From a bacterium (GTDB lineage Bacteria > Patescibacteriota > Doudnabacteria > UBA920), in assembly GCA_016699995.1 (NCBI GenBank), contig CP064996.1:528584-592583 (forward strand): a DNA stretch of 64,000 bases, in the 5' to 3' direction. Shown one piece after another: positions 1 to 8,129 of this stretch. The first letter of the stretch is position 1. Each line of letters begins with the position of its first letter. Under the pieces are notes generated by a model. That model worked only from the letters and a program-made list of their open reading frames with translations. It had not been told where the DNA came from and ran no database searches. Made by a program: the position numbers and the translations under genes.

Positions 1-547
1 TCATATTGCTGCTATCCCCGCTTTCTAATTCGATGATAGAAGCCAACACCAGCACATCATACAAAGACAAGCCCGACTGCCCATCGCCACCTATCGGTTT
101 TAAATTCTCGTATCCAGGGATGATAAACTTATCATCACTAACTGTGACGCCTATAGAAGACATGCGCCTCACAAAATTCTTCAGCATGGTATCTATCACG
201 CTAGCGGGAGTGGCATCTTTGGCAAAGCGATAAGTATCCGGAAACAAGTAACCTTCCAATAAAGTTTTGCCTGGCTTTTGAATAATCGGAAAATTGGTAG
301 TGTCAAAGTTTTCCACCGCTTCCATAAACTGATCTTTGTTAAACATGCCTGCATCTTCCAGCTTTTCCGCAATCTCTTCGGTGTTAAGGCCTTCAATAAT
401 AGTAACCTTAACTTCTTCTGCTTTCTTTTGCATCTCGGCAACGCGCTGGGCCTGGTCGGAGCGATAATCTTTAAGCATCTTAAACATCCCCAGAAATATG
501 AGGATCATAAAAATGAGCAATAAAAACGGCCAGAACTTTCTGATCAT
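1..547 (-). CDS. mltG: endolytic murein transglycosylase MltG/YceG family, N-terminal ~182 aa (gene continues beyond window start)
   Basis: Minus-strand translation from ATG (rc of 545-547) gives MIRKFWPFLLLIFMILIF...LEGYLFPDTYRF, the hallmark MltG motif. TM helix at N-terminus. ORF runs off coordinate 1. Confidence 0.75.
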   Translation of the reverse strand, partial: MIRKFWPFLLLIFMILIFLGMFKMLKDYRSDQAQRVAEMQKKAEEVKVTIIEGLNTEEIAEKLEDAGMFNKDQFMEAVENFDTTNFPIIQKPGKTLLEGYLFPDTYRFAKDATPASVIDTMLKNFVRRMSSIGVTVSDDKFIIPGYENLKPIGGDGQSGLSLYDVLVLASIIELESGDSSNM

Positions 548-713
548 GGATTTATTATAGCATTTTTGATTAGACAGACTTGTCCACAAATTTATTTCAT
601 AATTTAAAAGGCTGCCCTGTTTTGGGTGCATAAGTGACCAGGCTAGAATCTATTTCGACAATCCCTAACTGAATTCCTCCCTGCGGGTAAGGTATATAGA
701 TAAGGATAAGCTA

Positions 714-807
714 GCTTGCACAAAGCCCAGTGTTGTGATAAAAGTATAGGATAAGAAATCCTGATGGATTTCTTAAAATTGCATATTTACAACCAAAAAG
801 GAGGTAA
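714..807. repeat. left arm of ~95-bp inverted repeat; carries 9-4-9 palindrome aagaaatcc-tgat-ggatttctt followed by aaaattgcatatttacaaccaaaaaggaggtaa (RBS) immediately upstream of the 811 start codon
   Basis: Reverse complement of 6645-6737 aligns to 714-807. The distal 57 bp are identical, including the flipped palindrome loop. The proximal part is ~85% identical. Confidence 0.85.
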
Positions 808-810
808 GTT

Positions 811-1347
811 ATGAAATCCAAGAATGAGTATTTTATGGCAGCCAATTCGGAGCCACGTGCAATAATCACAGGGATGACCACTGGCCGTGAATTTTCTGTT
901 CGTGAATATACGTACGGAGTCCTTGTGCCAGACAGCAGTCACCCACTCTCGTGCGTCAGCGTGTCTAACAGCTCGTTGAGCATAGATCTATGGGTTGGAT
1001 GCTCTTGGCAGTGTAGATATTGCCACGTCCAAGACACGCATCAAGATCTCGCAGATCAGGGCACAATGCCCAAAAGACCGAGGCAACGCACTCAGTTCAC
1101 TGTTGATCAAATCATTGATGAACTGATTAAACATCCATTTTTTGTTGCTGATGAGACAATCATCAGCATTGGAACAGCAAGCACTGAACCGTTTGCACCC
1201 GGACCTGTTACTGACAGTACGTTTGAGATTATGGATGCATTCGTGCGTCGAGGTCTTCGAAACCCTTTCTGGATCGTCACTAAAGGCGGTGTTCCGAAAG
1301 GAAAAAAGAAGACATTGCCCGTATTACAAACGCAACACGGGGCCTGA
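811..1347 (+). CDS. radical SAM domain protein (CxxxCxxC; SplB/COG1533-like 'GCxxxCxYC' context), 178 aa
   Basis: WVGCSWQCRYCH motif is C-x3-C-x2-C preceded by G, as in SPL-like radical SAM enzymes. Strong RBS aaaggagg 8 nt upstream. Stop TGA overlaps next ATG (TGATG). Confidence 0.5.
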   Translation: MKSKNEYFMAANSEPRAIITGMTTGREFSVREYTYGVLVPDSSHPLSCVSVSNSSLSIDLWVGCSWQCRYCHVQDTHQDLADQGTMPKRPRQRTQFTVDQIIDELIKHPFFVADETIISIGTASTEPFAPGPVTDSTFEIMDAFVRRGLRNPFWIVTKGGVPKGKKKTLPVLQTQHGA

Positions 1348-2045
1348 TGTTGTCTCTATGTTGGGCAGATAATCCTAATACGATTGAGCCCGCTCGCAAC
1401 AATCGCTTCCTTAACGCAGAAGAGGCAAAAGAGGCTGGCGCTACTATCGCATGGTACATGCGGCCGATAGTTCCTGAATGGAGCGGGAACAGGAATCGCA
1501 TCGAAATGATGATGCTCTGGGCCAAGAAGCACTACGGCAACGTCATTGATATGATCATACCCGGAGGATTGCGTTGGACTGAAGGTATTGAGAATGGACT
1601 GGTGGGAATTCATAAACTCCCCATGCCAAACATTCCACGGGATGACAATGTAAAGATGCTACCTCAAGATCTGATAGACTTTACCTTTTCCTTGAGCGCC
1701 GAACACTTCCCTGGAATTCCTGTATACCTCAAATCCTCTTGCGCACTTACTAGGATGCTCAAGATCCCAAGTATTACTTCGGTTCATGCATTTGCCAAAC
1801 ACGAATGCGAGGAGTCTCGTTGCCCTATTGCTCAGCGACAAATCTGCGCTAACGGAGCAGCATATTCCATGAGCACAGAACGAGCCCAGGCAATATTAGA
1901 TGATCTCGGGATTCCAGCTCATGTCCTGAGCTGGGATATTAACCACGGACTTGTCACTTACCCCGAGATGAACAAGTTCACCTACGCAGTCAGGCAGACT
2001 ATATTCAAACATTTGGCAATGGGAGATTCACATGAAGTTGTATAA
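1347..2045 (+). CDS. hypothetical protein, 232 aa; possibly C-terminal half of a split radical SAM enzyme (translationally coupled to 811..1347)
   Basis: ATG overlaps the upstream stop codon. No recognisable motif. Cys-rich (CPIAQRQIC). Confidence 0.35.
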   Translation: MLSLCWADNPNTIEPARNNRFLNAEEAKEAGATIAWYMRPIVPEWSGNRNRIEMMMLWAKKHYGNVIDMIIPGGLRWTEGIENGLVGIHKLPMPNIPRDDNVKMLPQDLIDFTFSLSAEHFPGIPVYLKSSCALTRMLKIPSITSVHAFAKHECEESRCPIAQRQICANGAAYSMSTERAQAILDDLGIPAHVLSWDINHGLVTYPEMNKFTYAVRQTIFKHLAMGDSHEVV

Positions 2046-3891
2046 TGAAATCAAAGATCACTTCAGAACCTACGGTTTCAACTGGCAAGACAGTGTTCCG
2101 ATCTTGAGTTCAAATCCTAAACTCCTGTTCAATATTTCAGGCGGTGTAATATTCGAAAGCACGATCTCTGATGGAGTGACCCCAGAGAAAGCCCGTGTCG
2201 TTTCGGTGCAAACCTGCCTCAGAACTGATGGCTGGGAAAAGATAGGATACTCAGGACGGCATCATCTGGCATTCGACATGCTAGGCCACTTTTCCCTATA
2301 CGAAGACAAAGAAGACAAGGTGAAAGGTGTGATGATAGAAAGTGCTTGGAACTATTTGACCCAACGTCTGGGCATTAATCCGGGCCTCTTATCGGCAACC
2401 GTTCATCCGCAAGACACAACATCGCAAAAATTTGGAAAAAATTTCGGTGTAAAGACTGCCGCTAACGATGGCAATGTCACTTACACTCCGACCAGAAACA
2501 GATGCGGCGTCCGCACGGGAGATTGTCTGGCAAAATCCGCATACGAATAAATCAATCGAACTCTGGAACTTGGTTTTTACCCAGTTTGAGGGAGATGCTC
2601 TATTCAAATCTCCGTTGGAAACAATCGCTGCCGATTCTGGAGCCAGTATTGATCGCATCGTCACTGCAATCGAATGTAGCCGAAGCGATTATGAAAACTC
2701 CAACTGGAAAGGCATAGTCGAATCAATCACTGAGCGATCCAAAGTTCAAGATCAAGCCATCATGTGTCGCTTAGCCGATCTAGGTAAAGCATCAACGCTG
2801 CTAGTATCTCAAGGGCTTAGACCTGGAAACAAAGCAGCTGAATACGTTCTTCGGAAACTCATCCGAGAGGCTTACATTCTCTGTCGGCAAACCTCGATTC
2901 AATTCGATGAGTTTGCTGCGATATCAGAAAGTCATTGGTCTCCGTCCGCTGCGGTTCAAACCGTACTTATCGAAGAAGTGTCAAAGTTCGAGAAAGGTCT
3001 CGAACGTGGGAAAAGAGAATATCAAAACTCATATCCCGCAAGACAATTCCCTTGTCGAATCGGATATAAAATATCTAGCATCTACGTTCGGCTTTCCAAA
3101 AGCTTTAATCGAACTCGAGGAATCGAAACGAAAGGAGGCGAAATGAAAAATCTCGTTTCCGAACTTGCTCGCATTCTGCGTGAACTACAAGGCTTACAAG
3201 TGCTAGTACATGTCGGATTGAAAAGAGATTCTTCTAAGGACAAAGTCGATCTCTTAGCGGGCTGTGATCAGGGAAGGATTGAAACATATTCCCCCTCATT
3301 GATTCCCTCCTAAGAAAACGATGGCCCGTTGGGAACTTCTCCGTTTGTGACGACAGTGTTCGCGGACCTATCATCAGGTACGGGCGGCATTGCAGTATGC
3401 GATGCTAGTCTGCTTATCGAGCAGGTTCAAGAATGGATAGAAGGCAAAAATTGGGCGGACAACACCGCTCCTGGGCAACTGGATATTGGTTGCCGGAGGC
3501 GTTATGTGGAGACTTGGCAACGGCAGAAACCCTATATGACAAGACTGGCATCAATGATAAATTAAAAAAACTACTTGTTCCCTATCCAGCTTCGCTCTCG
3601 AAATTTATCAGTGAGCTATGCATAGACGAGATCAGGCAAAAACAATCGACATTCAAAATGCTGCACGAAAATGCAACAATCGAACGTCAGCTATGCCTCT
3701 CGGATATCTCGGCTTCGTTGGTGAGACTTGCATTCGCTCGCAGCCACCAATACCTTCGCGGATTCCGCTCACTTGAGAAACAAGCGAAACTGCTTGAGTT
3801 TTCAGATCTGCCTATTTATGGGCTTGCCTTGGAGATTTCAAAGGGCACAAGAGTAAAATCGATGATGAAAAGAATTGAGGAACTACTCTAA
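2032..3891 (+). pseudogene. divergent alanyl-tRNA synthetase-like gene (catalytic + tRNA-recognition region), disrupted by >=2 frameshifts and with degenerate motif 2
   Basis: ORF 2032..2550 has AlaRS N-terminal signatures: LLF, VQTCLR (cf. SQRCVR) and GYSGRHHLAFDMLGHFS (cf. GYTARHHTFFEMLGNFS). ORF 2468..3313 has IELWNLVFTQF (cf. EIWNIVFMQF), a motif-3-like DSGASIDRIV, and RPGNKAAEYVLRKLIREA (cf. PSNEGRGYVLRRIIRRA). ORF 3433..3891 has AETLYDKTGI (cf. AFRLYDTYGFP). The frames are 1, 2, 1. The GPCGPC of motif 2 is replaced by LTLRPETD. Confidence 0.7.
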
Positions 3892-4530
3892 TTATAGAGG
3901 TATACGAAAGTGTGCCTCTTTTTTTATTCAACAAGGGTCTTTTTCCATTTTCAATAAAAATAGCCTGCGAGTTATTTATTCTCTCAACACAGACCTTGTA
4001 TTTTTCTTCAAAAGCTTTTGCTTGTTCCTCAATATCTGAAGAATAGTGCGGTAATACGATAAGGTTTGTGATCCCAAGCCCTGTATAATCTTCGAGACCA
4101 ACCTCGTTTTTATCTGCAGAAACTTCTCCGGCAATTTCGATTGATGGACCAACAATAATACTTCCTGCGCTGACGCCTATATATATCCCATTTCGATCTA
4201 GCAGGCTTTCGATTGATGTCTTAAAGTTTGATTTTCGAGCAAATTTAAGAAGTTTGAAAGTATTACCCCGCAAACATAGATAATAGCGTATTGAGTAAAA
4301 TCCCTATCGGGTTCGGTTTCAAGGTCTATAAAATCAATATGCGAGAACCCCATCTCCACAAATTGTTCCTTGGCGAGTTGAGCGTATTTATTATTTTCTT
4401 TTTCTTCTGCAGCTGTCGTGACTATAGCAACGGAATAATTAATATAATTTAAAAATGAGCCCTTAAACCTTTTGATAACCGGCTCGGAAGAAAATCCAGT
4501 TGATGTTAGAAATATAAAACCTTTAACCAT
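3812..4530 (-). pseudogene. pepE: peptidase S51 (dipeptidase E / PepE-like), frameshifted at a G-homopolymer
   Basis: N-terminal ORF 4198..4530 ends ...AIIYVCGV. C-terminal ORF 3812..4273 reads GNTFKLLK...IYIGVSAGSII (GxSAG serine nucleophile motif). The junction falls in the conserved GGGNT, where the sequence has tgcggggtaat. One more G would restore the frame. Confidence 0.65.
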
Positions 4531-4559
4531 GGCTTCATTTTACATGATTTTTGTAATTT

Positions 4560-4603
4560 TTAAAAAAAGACCTGCCTCGTGGTTTACACAAAGCAGGTCT
4601 GGG
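4560..4603 (-). terminator. rho-independent terminator downstream of the alaS-paralog
   Basis: Minus strand reads cagacctgc-(loop)-gcaggtct followed by ttttttt. Lies 8-50 nt after the stop at 4611. Confidence 0.6.
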
Positions 4604-4610
4604 TATTTTA

Positions 4611-5903
4611 TCACTTCTTAGGTCGGCGTGATACGTTCCGATGATCCTCGATAAGTTTAAGAAACTCCACCTTCGGAAAAGTTATGTCATGACGCTCACA
4701 AAATTCTTCCAGGAGGTCCTCGGGAATACCTATACCGGTTTTTAACGTGAATGCTTGATGTGCATCCAATTCTTTCGCCGCGACGATTTTGTCGAGATAC
4801 TTTCCACTGCGATTCATCAACTTTTCAAAACTGACCCGTTCTTCGCTGATCCAATGTGCGATAACAGATTTGTGACGAAAAGTTAAATCCTTGTTATCAA
4901 TCACTTGGCTAAGAGAATCCACCCACTCTTGGAGAATAGTCAGATCAATTCCTCGTAGAAAGATGCCTATCATCGCTCGCCGTAACGCGCGACGGAGAAG
5001 GTATCCCTCCCCAGTATTGCTCGGAATGATACCCTCGCGAATCATCAAAATCGAAGTTTTGACATGGTCAAGGATAATCCTCGTCCATGGCATGTCGCCA
5101 ATTCGCTGGTTAATAAGAAGGTAAGACGATTCATATTGGTCGATCTCATGAATCGAAGCGCGGTCTTGCAGGATCATGGCAAAACGCTCAAGACCTGCAC
5201 CTGTGTCTACACACTTCATCGGGAGCTGGGAGAAATTCTGTTGTTCATCCTTGAAGTATTGCATGAACACCCCGGCATTCCAGATTTCGATGTGTCGCCC
5301 AGGCACCAACATATCATCCGTCTCCTCCTCAGCAAATTCCTCGCCACGATCAAAGAAGACTTCCGTGCAAGGACCGCATGGGCCGCTGGTTCCCGCCGGA
5401 CCCCAAAAATTATCTACTGGTGGCCTACCAATGATTCGATCCCGCGGCAGGAATTTCTCCCAGATTCGAGCAGATTCTTCGTCGTCCGGAATACCTGGGA
5501 GACTGTCGTCAGCAACGAATACTGTGGCATAGAGACGGCCAGCTGGAATACCAAACCCTTCGGTAATGAGCTCAAAAGCAAATTCGATGGCTCGCTCTTT
5601 GAAGTAGTCCCCGAAAGACCAAGAACCCATCATACGGAAGCTAGTCCCGTGATAGGAATCACCAATGCTTTCGACATCGACAAATCGGATGCAATCCTGC
5701 ACATTGGTCAGACGTGGATAGGGCGGTTTAACTTGGCCAGTAAAATAAGGCTTAAGCGGGGCCATACCAGAGTTAATAAACATAAGGGTCGGGTCATTCT
5801 CGGGGATGATACCCGATTGCTTGATAAGCCGGTGATCACGCTTGAGAAAATAGTCCAGAAAAGTCTGGCGCACCTCCTCAGTGGTCTTAGATGGCAATTT
5901 CAT
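4611..5903 (-). CDS. alanyl-tRNA synthetase paralog, catalytic/aminoacylation domain only (430 aa; no editing or C-Ala domain)
   Basis: Full class-II AlaRS core: ENDPTLMFINSGM, VQDCIRFVDVESIGDSYHGTSFRMMGSWSFGDYF, motif 2 GPAGTSGPCGPCTEVFFD, IEIWNAGVFMQYF, motif 3 DTGAGLERFAMIL, YLLRRALRRA. Stops after the tRNA-recognition region. Own RBS (ggag) and own terminator. The start overlaps the AKR stop by 17 nt. Confidence 0.8.
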   Translation of the reverse strand: MKLPSKTTEEVRQTFLDYFLKRDHRLIKQSGIIPENDPTLMFINSGMAPLKPYFTGQVKPPYPRLTNVQDCIRFVDVESIGDSYHGTSFRMMGSWSFGDYFKERAIEFAFELITEGFGIPAGRLYATVFVADDSLPGIPDDEESARIWEKFLPRDRIIGRPPVDNFWGPAGTSGPCGPCTEVFFDRGEEFAEEETDDMLVPGRHIEIWNAGVFMQYFKDEQQNFSQLPMKCVDTGAGLERFAMILQDRASIHEIDQYESSYLLINQRIGDMPWTRIILDHVKTSILMIREGIIPSNTGEGYLLRRALRRAMIGIFLRGIDLTILQEWVDSLSQVIDNKDLTFRHKSVIAHWISEERVSFEKLMNRSGKYLDKIVAAKELDAHQAFTLKTGIGIPEDLLEEFCERHDITFPKVEFLKLIEDHRNVSRRPKK

Positions 5904-6673
5904 AATTCTTCTCCTTTAAGGTGCCAATATTTCGTGTGATTTGCTCCTCTGTTGTCATACCAATAACGACAGATGATCCAAGTGCTAACGCATTTTGTAT
6001 AATCATTTCAGCGGAGCGTGTACTAGTGAGCAATTTTCCTTGTTTGAACAAACTTCTCAGTAGAACCTCCTTCTTAGAATCCAGTAGATATGGAAGCTGT
6101 TGAAGGACCCAAGTCTGCTCAATATTAAAGGGAGCTTCCACTATGTCGATGTACGGCAAAACCGTTTCAGAGACAGGGTATAAAAAATTGTCAGGTAAAG
6201 AGATTCCTACACGCTTAACAACACCTTCATTCTTGAGTCCATTCAGGCATTCTAGGATTGCTTCCTGCTTTCTGATGACCATGTCGGCAACCAGTTATGC
6301 AAAAGCACTGCATCAATAGAAGATCGACGCAACCTTTCCAAGGATCCGTACAAACTTCGATGTATATTGCCTTGTGAGTAAAATCTTTCAATCGGTTCAG
6401 GTCTTCTAGATTCGGTTTGATTGCTGCGGGAATTTTAGTCACAATGGTCACATCTTCGGGCAGACATGCGCCGAGCATTGCTTCGACTTTGCCTCCCCCA
6501 TAGACGGCCGCCGTGTCAAAACGGCGAATGCCAGACCTAACAGCGAAAAGCAAAAGCGATTCGATGTACTCAGTAGACAAATTTTTGAATTGCCCACCAA
6601 GTTGCCACGTACCGAAGTAGAAGCCGATTAGACCAATCCATAAATTACCTCCTTTTTGGTTGTAAATATGCAA
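5887..6673 (-). pseudogene. aldo/keto reductase, split into two overlapping ORFs (frameshift near 6282)
   Basis: 6227..6673 has LIGFYFGTWQLGG...FDTAAVYGGG, the AKR N-terminal signature. 5887..6282 has ILECLNGLKNEGVVKRVGISLPDN, the AKR 'GkirylGvSN' region. The two reading frames overlap by 56 nt. Confidence 0.6.
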
Positions 6674-6737
6674 TTTTAAGAAATCCTGATGGATTTCTTA
6701 TCCTATACTTTACCACAATACTGAGCCTCGTGCAAGC
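6645..6737. repeat. right arm of the ~95-bp inverted repeat (inverted copy of 714-807), supplying RBS/start context for the minus-strand AKR gene
   Basis: See left arm. The palindrome plus aaaaaggagg module faces inward on both sides. Confidence 0.85.
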
Positions 6738-6757
6738 CCGCCCACCCTCATCGCAAT

Positions 6758-6789
6758 AATTTAAGGGCTGCCCTGTTTTGGGGCAGCCC
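6758..6789 (+). terminator. hairpin gggctgccc-tgttttg-gggcagccc; terminator-like; a direct-repeat copy of 601-626
   Basis: Perfect 9-bp stem, then gtgtttgttttt. Similar sequence aatttaaaaggctgccctgttttggg at 601-626. Confidence 0.45.
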
Positions 6790-6820
6790 GTGTTTGTTTT
6801 TGTATATTAGTTAGCGAATG

Positions 6821-7513
6821 CTAAGCCTTGCGAGAAATTCCGTCTTCGACATGGTCCAGCACTTTTCGCGCATGGTCCTTGCCCCCGAGGCCAAACGCCA
6901 AACCGCCGGCAATTGCAATCATGGCGATTACAGCACGGAACAGGTCGAGCAAGAAAGCTTTGGCAATTTGCAATTCGGACAGCGCAGCTATTAAAGCAAA
7001 AATGATAACTGCCCAGCGAGTGATAGAACCAAGCATATGGCCAGATTCAAAACCGCCTGCTTTAACGGTGCCTTTTACAACATCGCCTAAGAAGTTAGCG
7101 GCAATAATACCGAGCAACATAATTGCCATAGCAATCACTACATGGCCGGCATAGCCCAAAACGTCTGCATAGAAGAAGTTGGTAATATCGGAGAGTCCCA
7201 AAATATCTGCAGCTGCGATGATGCTAGCCAAGATGAAGAACCACTTAATTACAAACTGAACGATGCTAGAAATTTTGATAGTGCGGCCGCTGCGTTCGGA
7301 TAAACGCTTTAAGCCGAGCTGATCCCCGAGCCCGTCGATACCGACAGACACCAATGCTCTGCGAAGAACATTGCCTAAGAAGATACCAATAATCCAACCG
7401 AGCAACAAAACAATTGCAGCAGCTAAGATGTTTGGCAAAAACTGAATTACCCGATCGTACAGGTTATATACAGAATCCTGAACTACGGTTGGATAATCGT
7501 TATAATAATTCAT
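6821..7513 (-). CDS. integral membrane protein with repeated conserved-TM-helix motifs (MscS-associated TM_helix-like), 230 aa
   Basis: Multiple hydrophobic helices with repeated ILGLSDITNFF / AIIFALIAALSELQIA patterns. Confidence 0.4.
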   Translation of the reverse strand: MNYYNDYPTVVQDSVYNLYDRVIQFLPNILAAAIVLLLGWIIGIFLGNVLRRALVSVGIDGLGDQLGLKRLSERSGRTIKISSIVQFVIKWFFILASIIAAADILGLSDITNFFYADVLGYAGHVVIAMAIMLLGIIAANFLGDVVKGTVKAGGFESGHMLGSITRWAVIIFALIAALSELQIAKAFLLDLFRAVIAMIAIAGGLAFGLGGKDHARKVLDHVEDGISRKA

Positions 7514-7627
7514 TGATTGTTCCTTTCTTGCATTATGCAGCCGTACGAACTGCGCAATGCGATTTTTTAGCCTCCGGTAATCGACCTATGCCGGAAAATT
7601 AAACATAAAAAAACAACAGGAAAATAC

Positions 7628-8071
7628 CTATTGTTCGCCGTAAATAAGAATAGAAAAATCTCGATTGCGACCCCCATCGCATTCCACAAAGAAAATGCTC
7701 TGCTTAGCGCCTAAAGCCAATTCGCCATTTAAGATCGGCACAGTCTCGGACGTACCCAGCAAAAACGACTTCACATGAGCATGGCCATTAGAGCGTTCGT
7801 TTACGTCTACTTCGCTGCGCATCTCGAACACGTCGTGGCCGTAGTTGTCTTCTATCGGCACCAAACGATACAACATCTTCATGATGTCCTGCTGCAACAT
7901 AGCTTCGTTGTGAGTTAAGCGAATGCTAGCCGTGGTGTGAGGATTATAAACCAGCGCCATCCCGCTTTTTACGCCGCTATCAACAACGGCCGCTTTAGCG
8001 TGGCTGGTTATGTCTATAAGCTCAAATTGTTTTTTTGACATCACTTCAACGGTTTTGTGAAAGATGGCCAT
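7628..8071 (-). CDS. yjbQ: YjbQ/UPF0047 family protein (secondary thiamine-phosphate synthase-like), 147 aa
   Basis: Conserved HTTASIRLTHNE, NGHAHVKSFLLG, LALGAKQSIFFVECDGGRNR blocks typical of UPF0047. Confidence 0.75.
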   Translation of the reverse strand: MAIFHKTVEVMSKKQFELIDITSHAKAAVVDSGVKSGMALVYNPHTTASIRLTHNEAMLQQDIMKMLYRLVPIEDNYGHDVFEMRSEVDVNERSNGHAHVKSFLLGTSETVPILNGELALGAKQSIFFVECDGGRNRDFSILIYGEQ

Positions 8072-8129
8072 AGAGATTTTTACAGCAAGGCTTTATGCCT
8101 GCCTGTATATATTATACCACGGACAAGCC

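Noticed and set aside
6-233. 75-aa plus-strand ORF at the window start
   Set aside because: Antisense to the well-supported mltG N-terminal region (LEGYLFPDTYRF motif on the minus strand).
3897-3930. Possible terminator hairpin agagg…cctct + T7 after the AlaRS-like gene
   Set aside because: Only a 4-5-bp stem with a 14-nt loop. It also lies within the 3' extension of the pepE-like ORF on the other strand. The evidence is too weak to annotate.
5064-5939. 291-aa plus-strand ORF and several 60-120-aa ORFs opposite the AlaRS-paralog gene
   Set aside because: They fully overlap a gene with strong, motif-level aaRS homology on the other strand. They have no RBS or motifs and are antisense artefacts. 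The same reasoning applies to 28214..28633, 28249..28476, 38246..38515, 38484..38900 and 55827..56300 in GC-rich genes.
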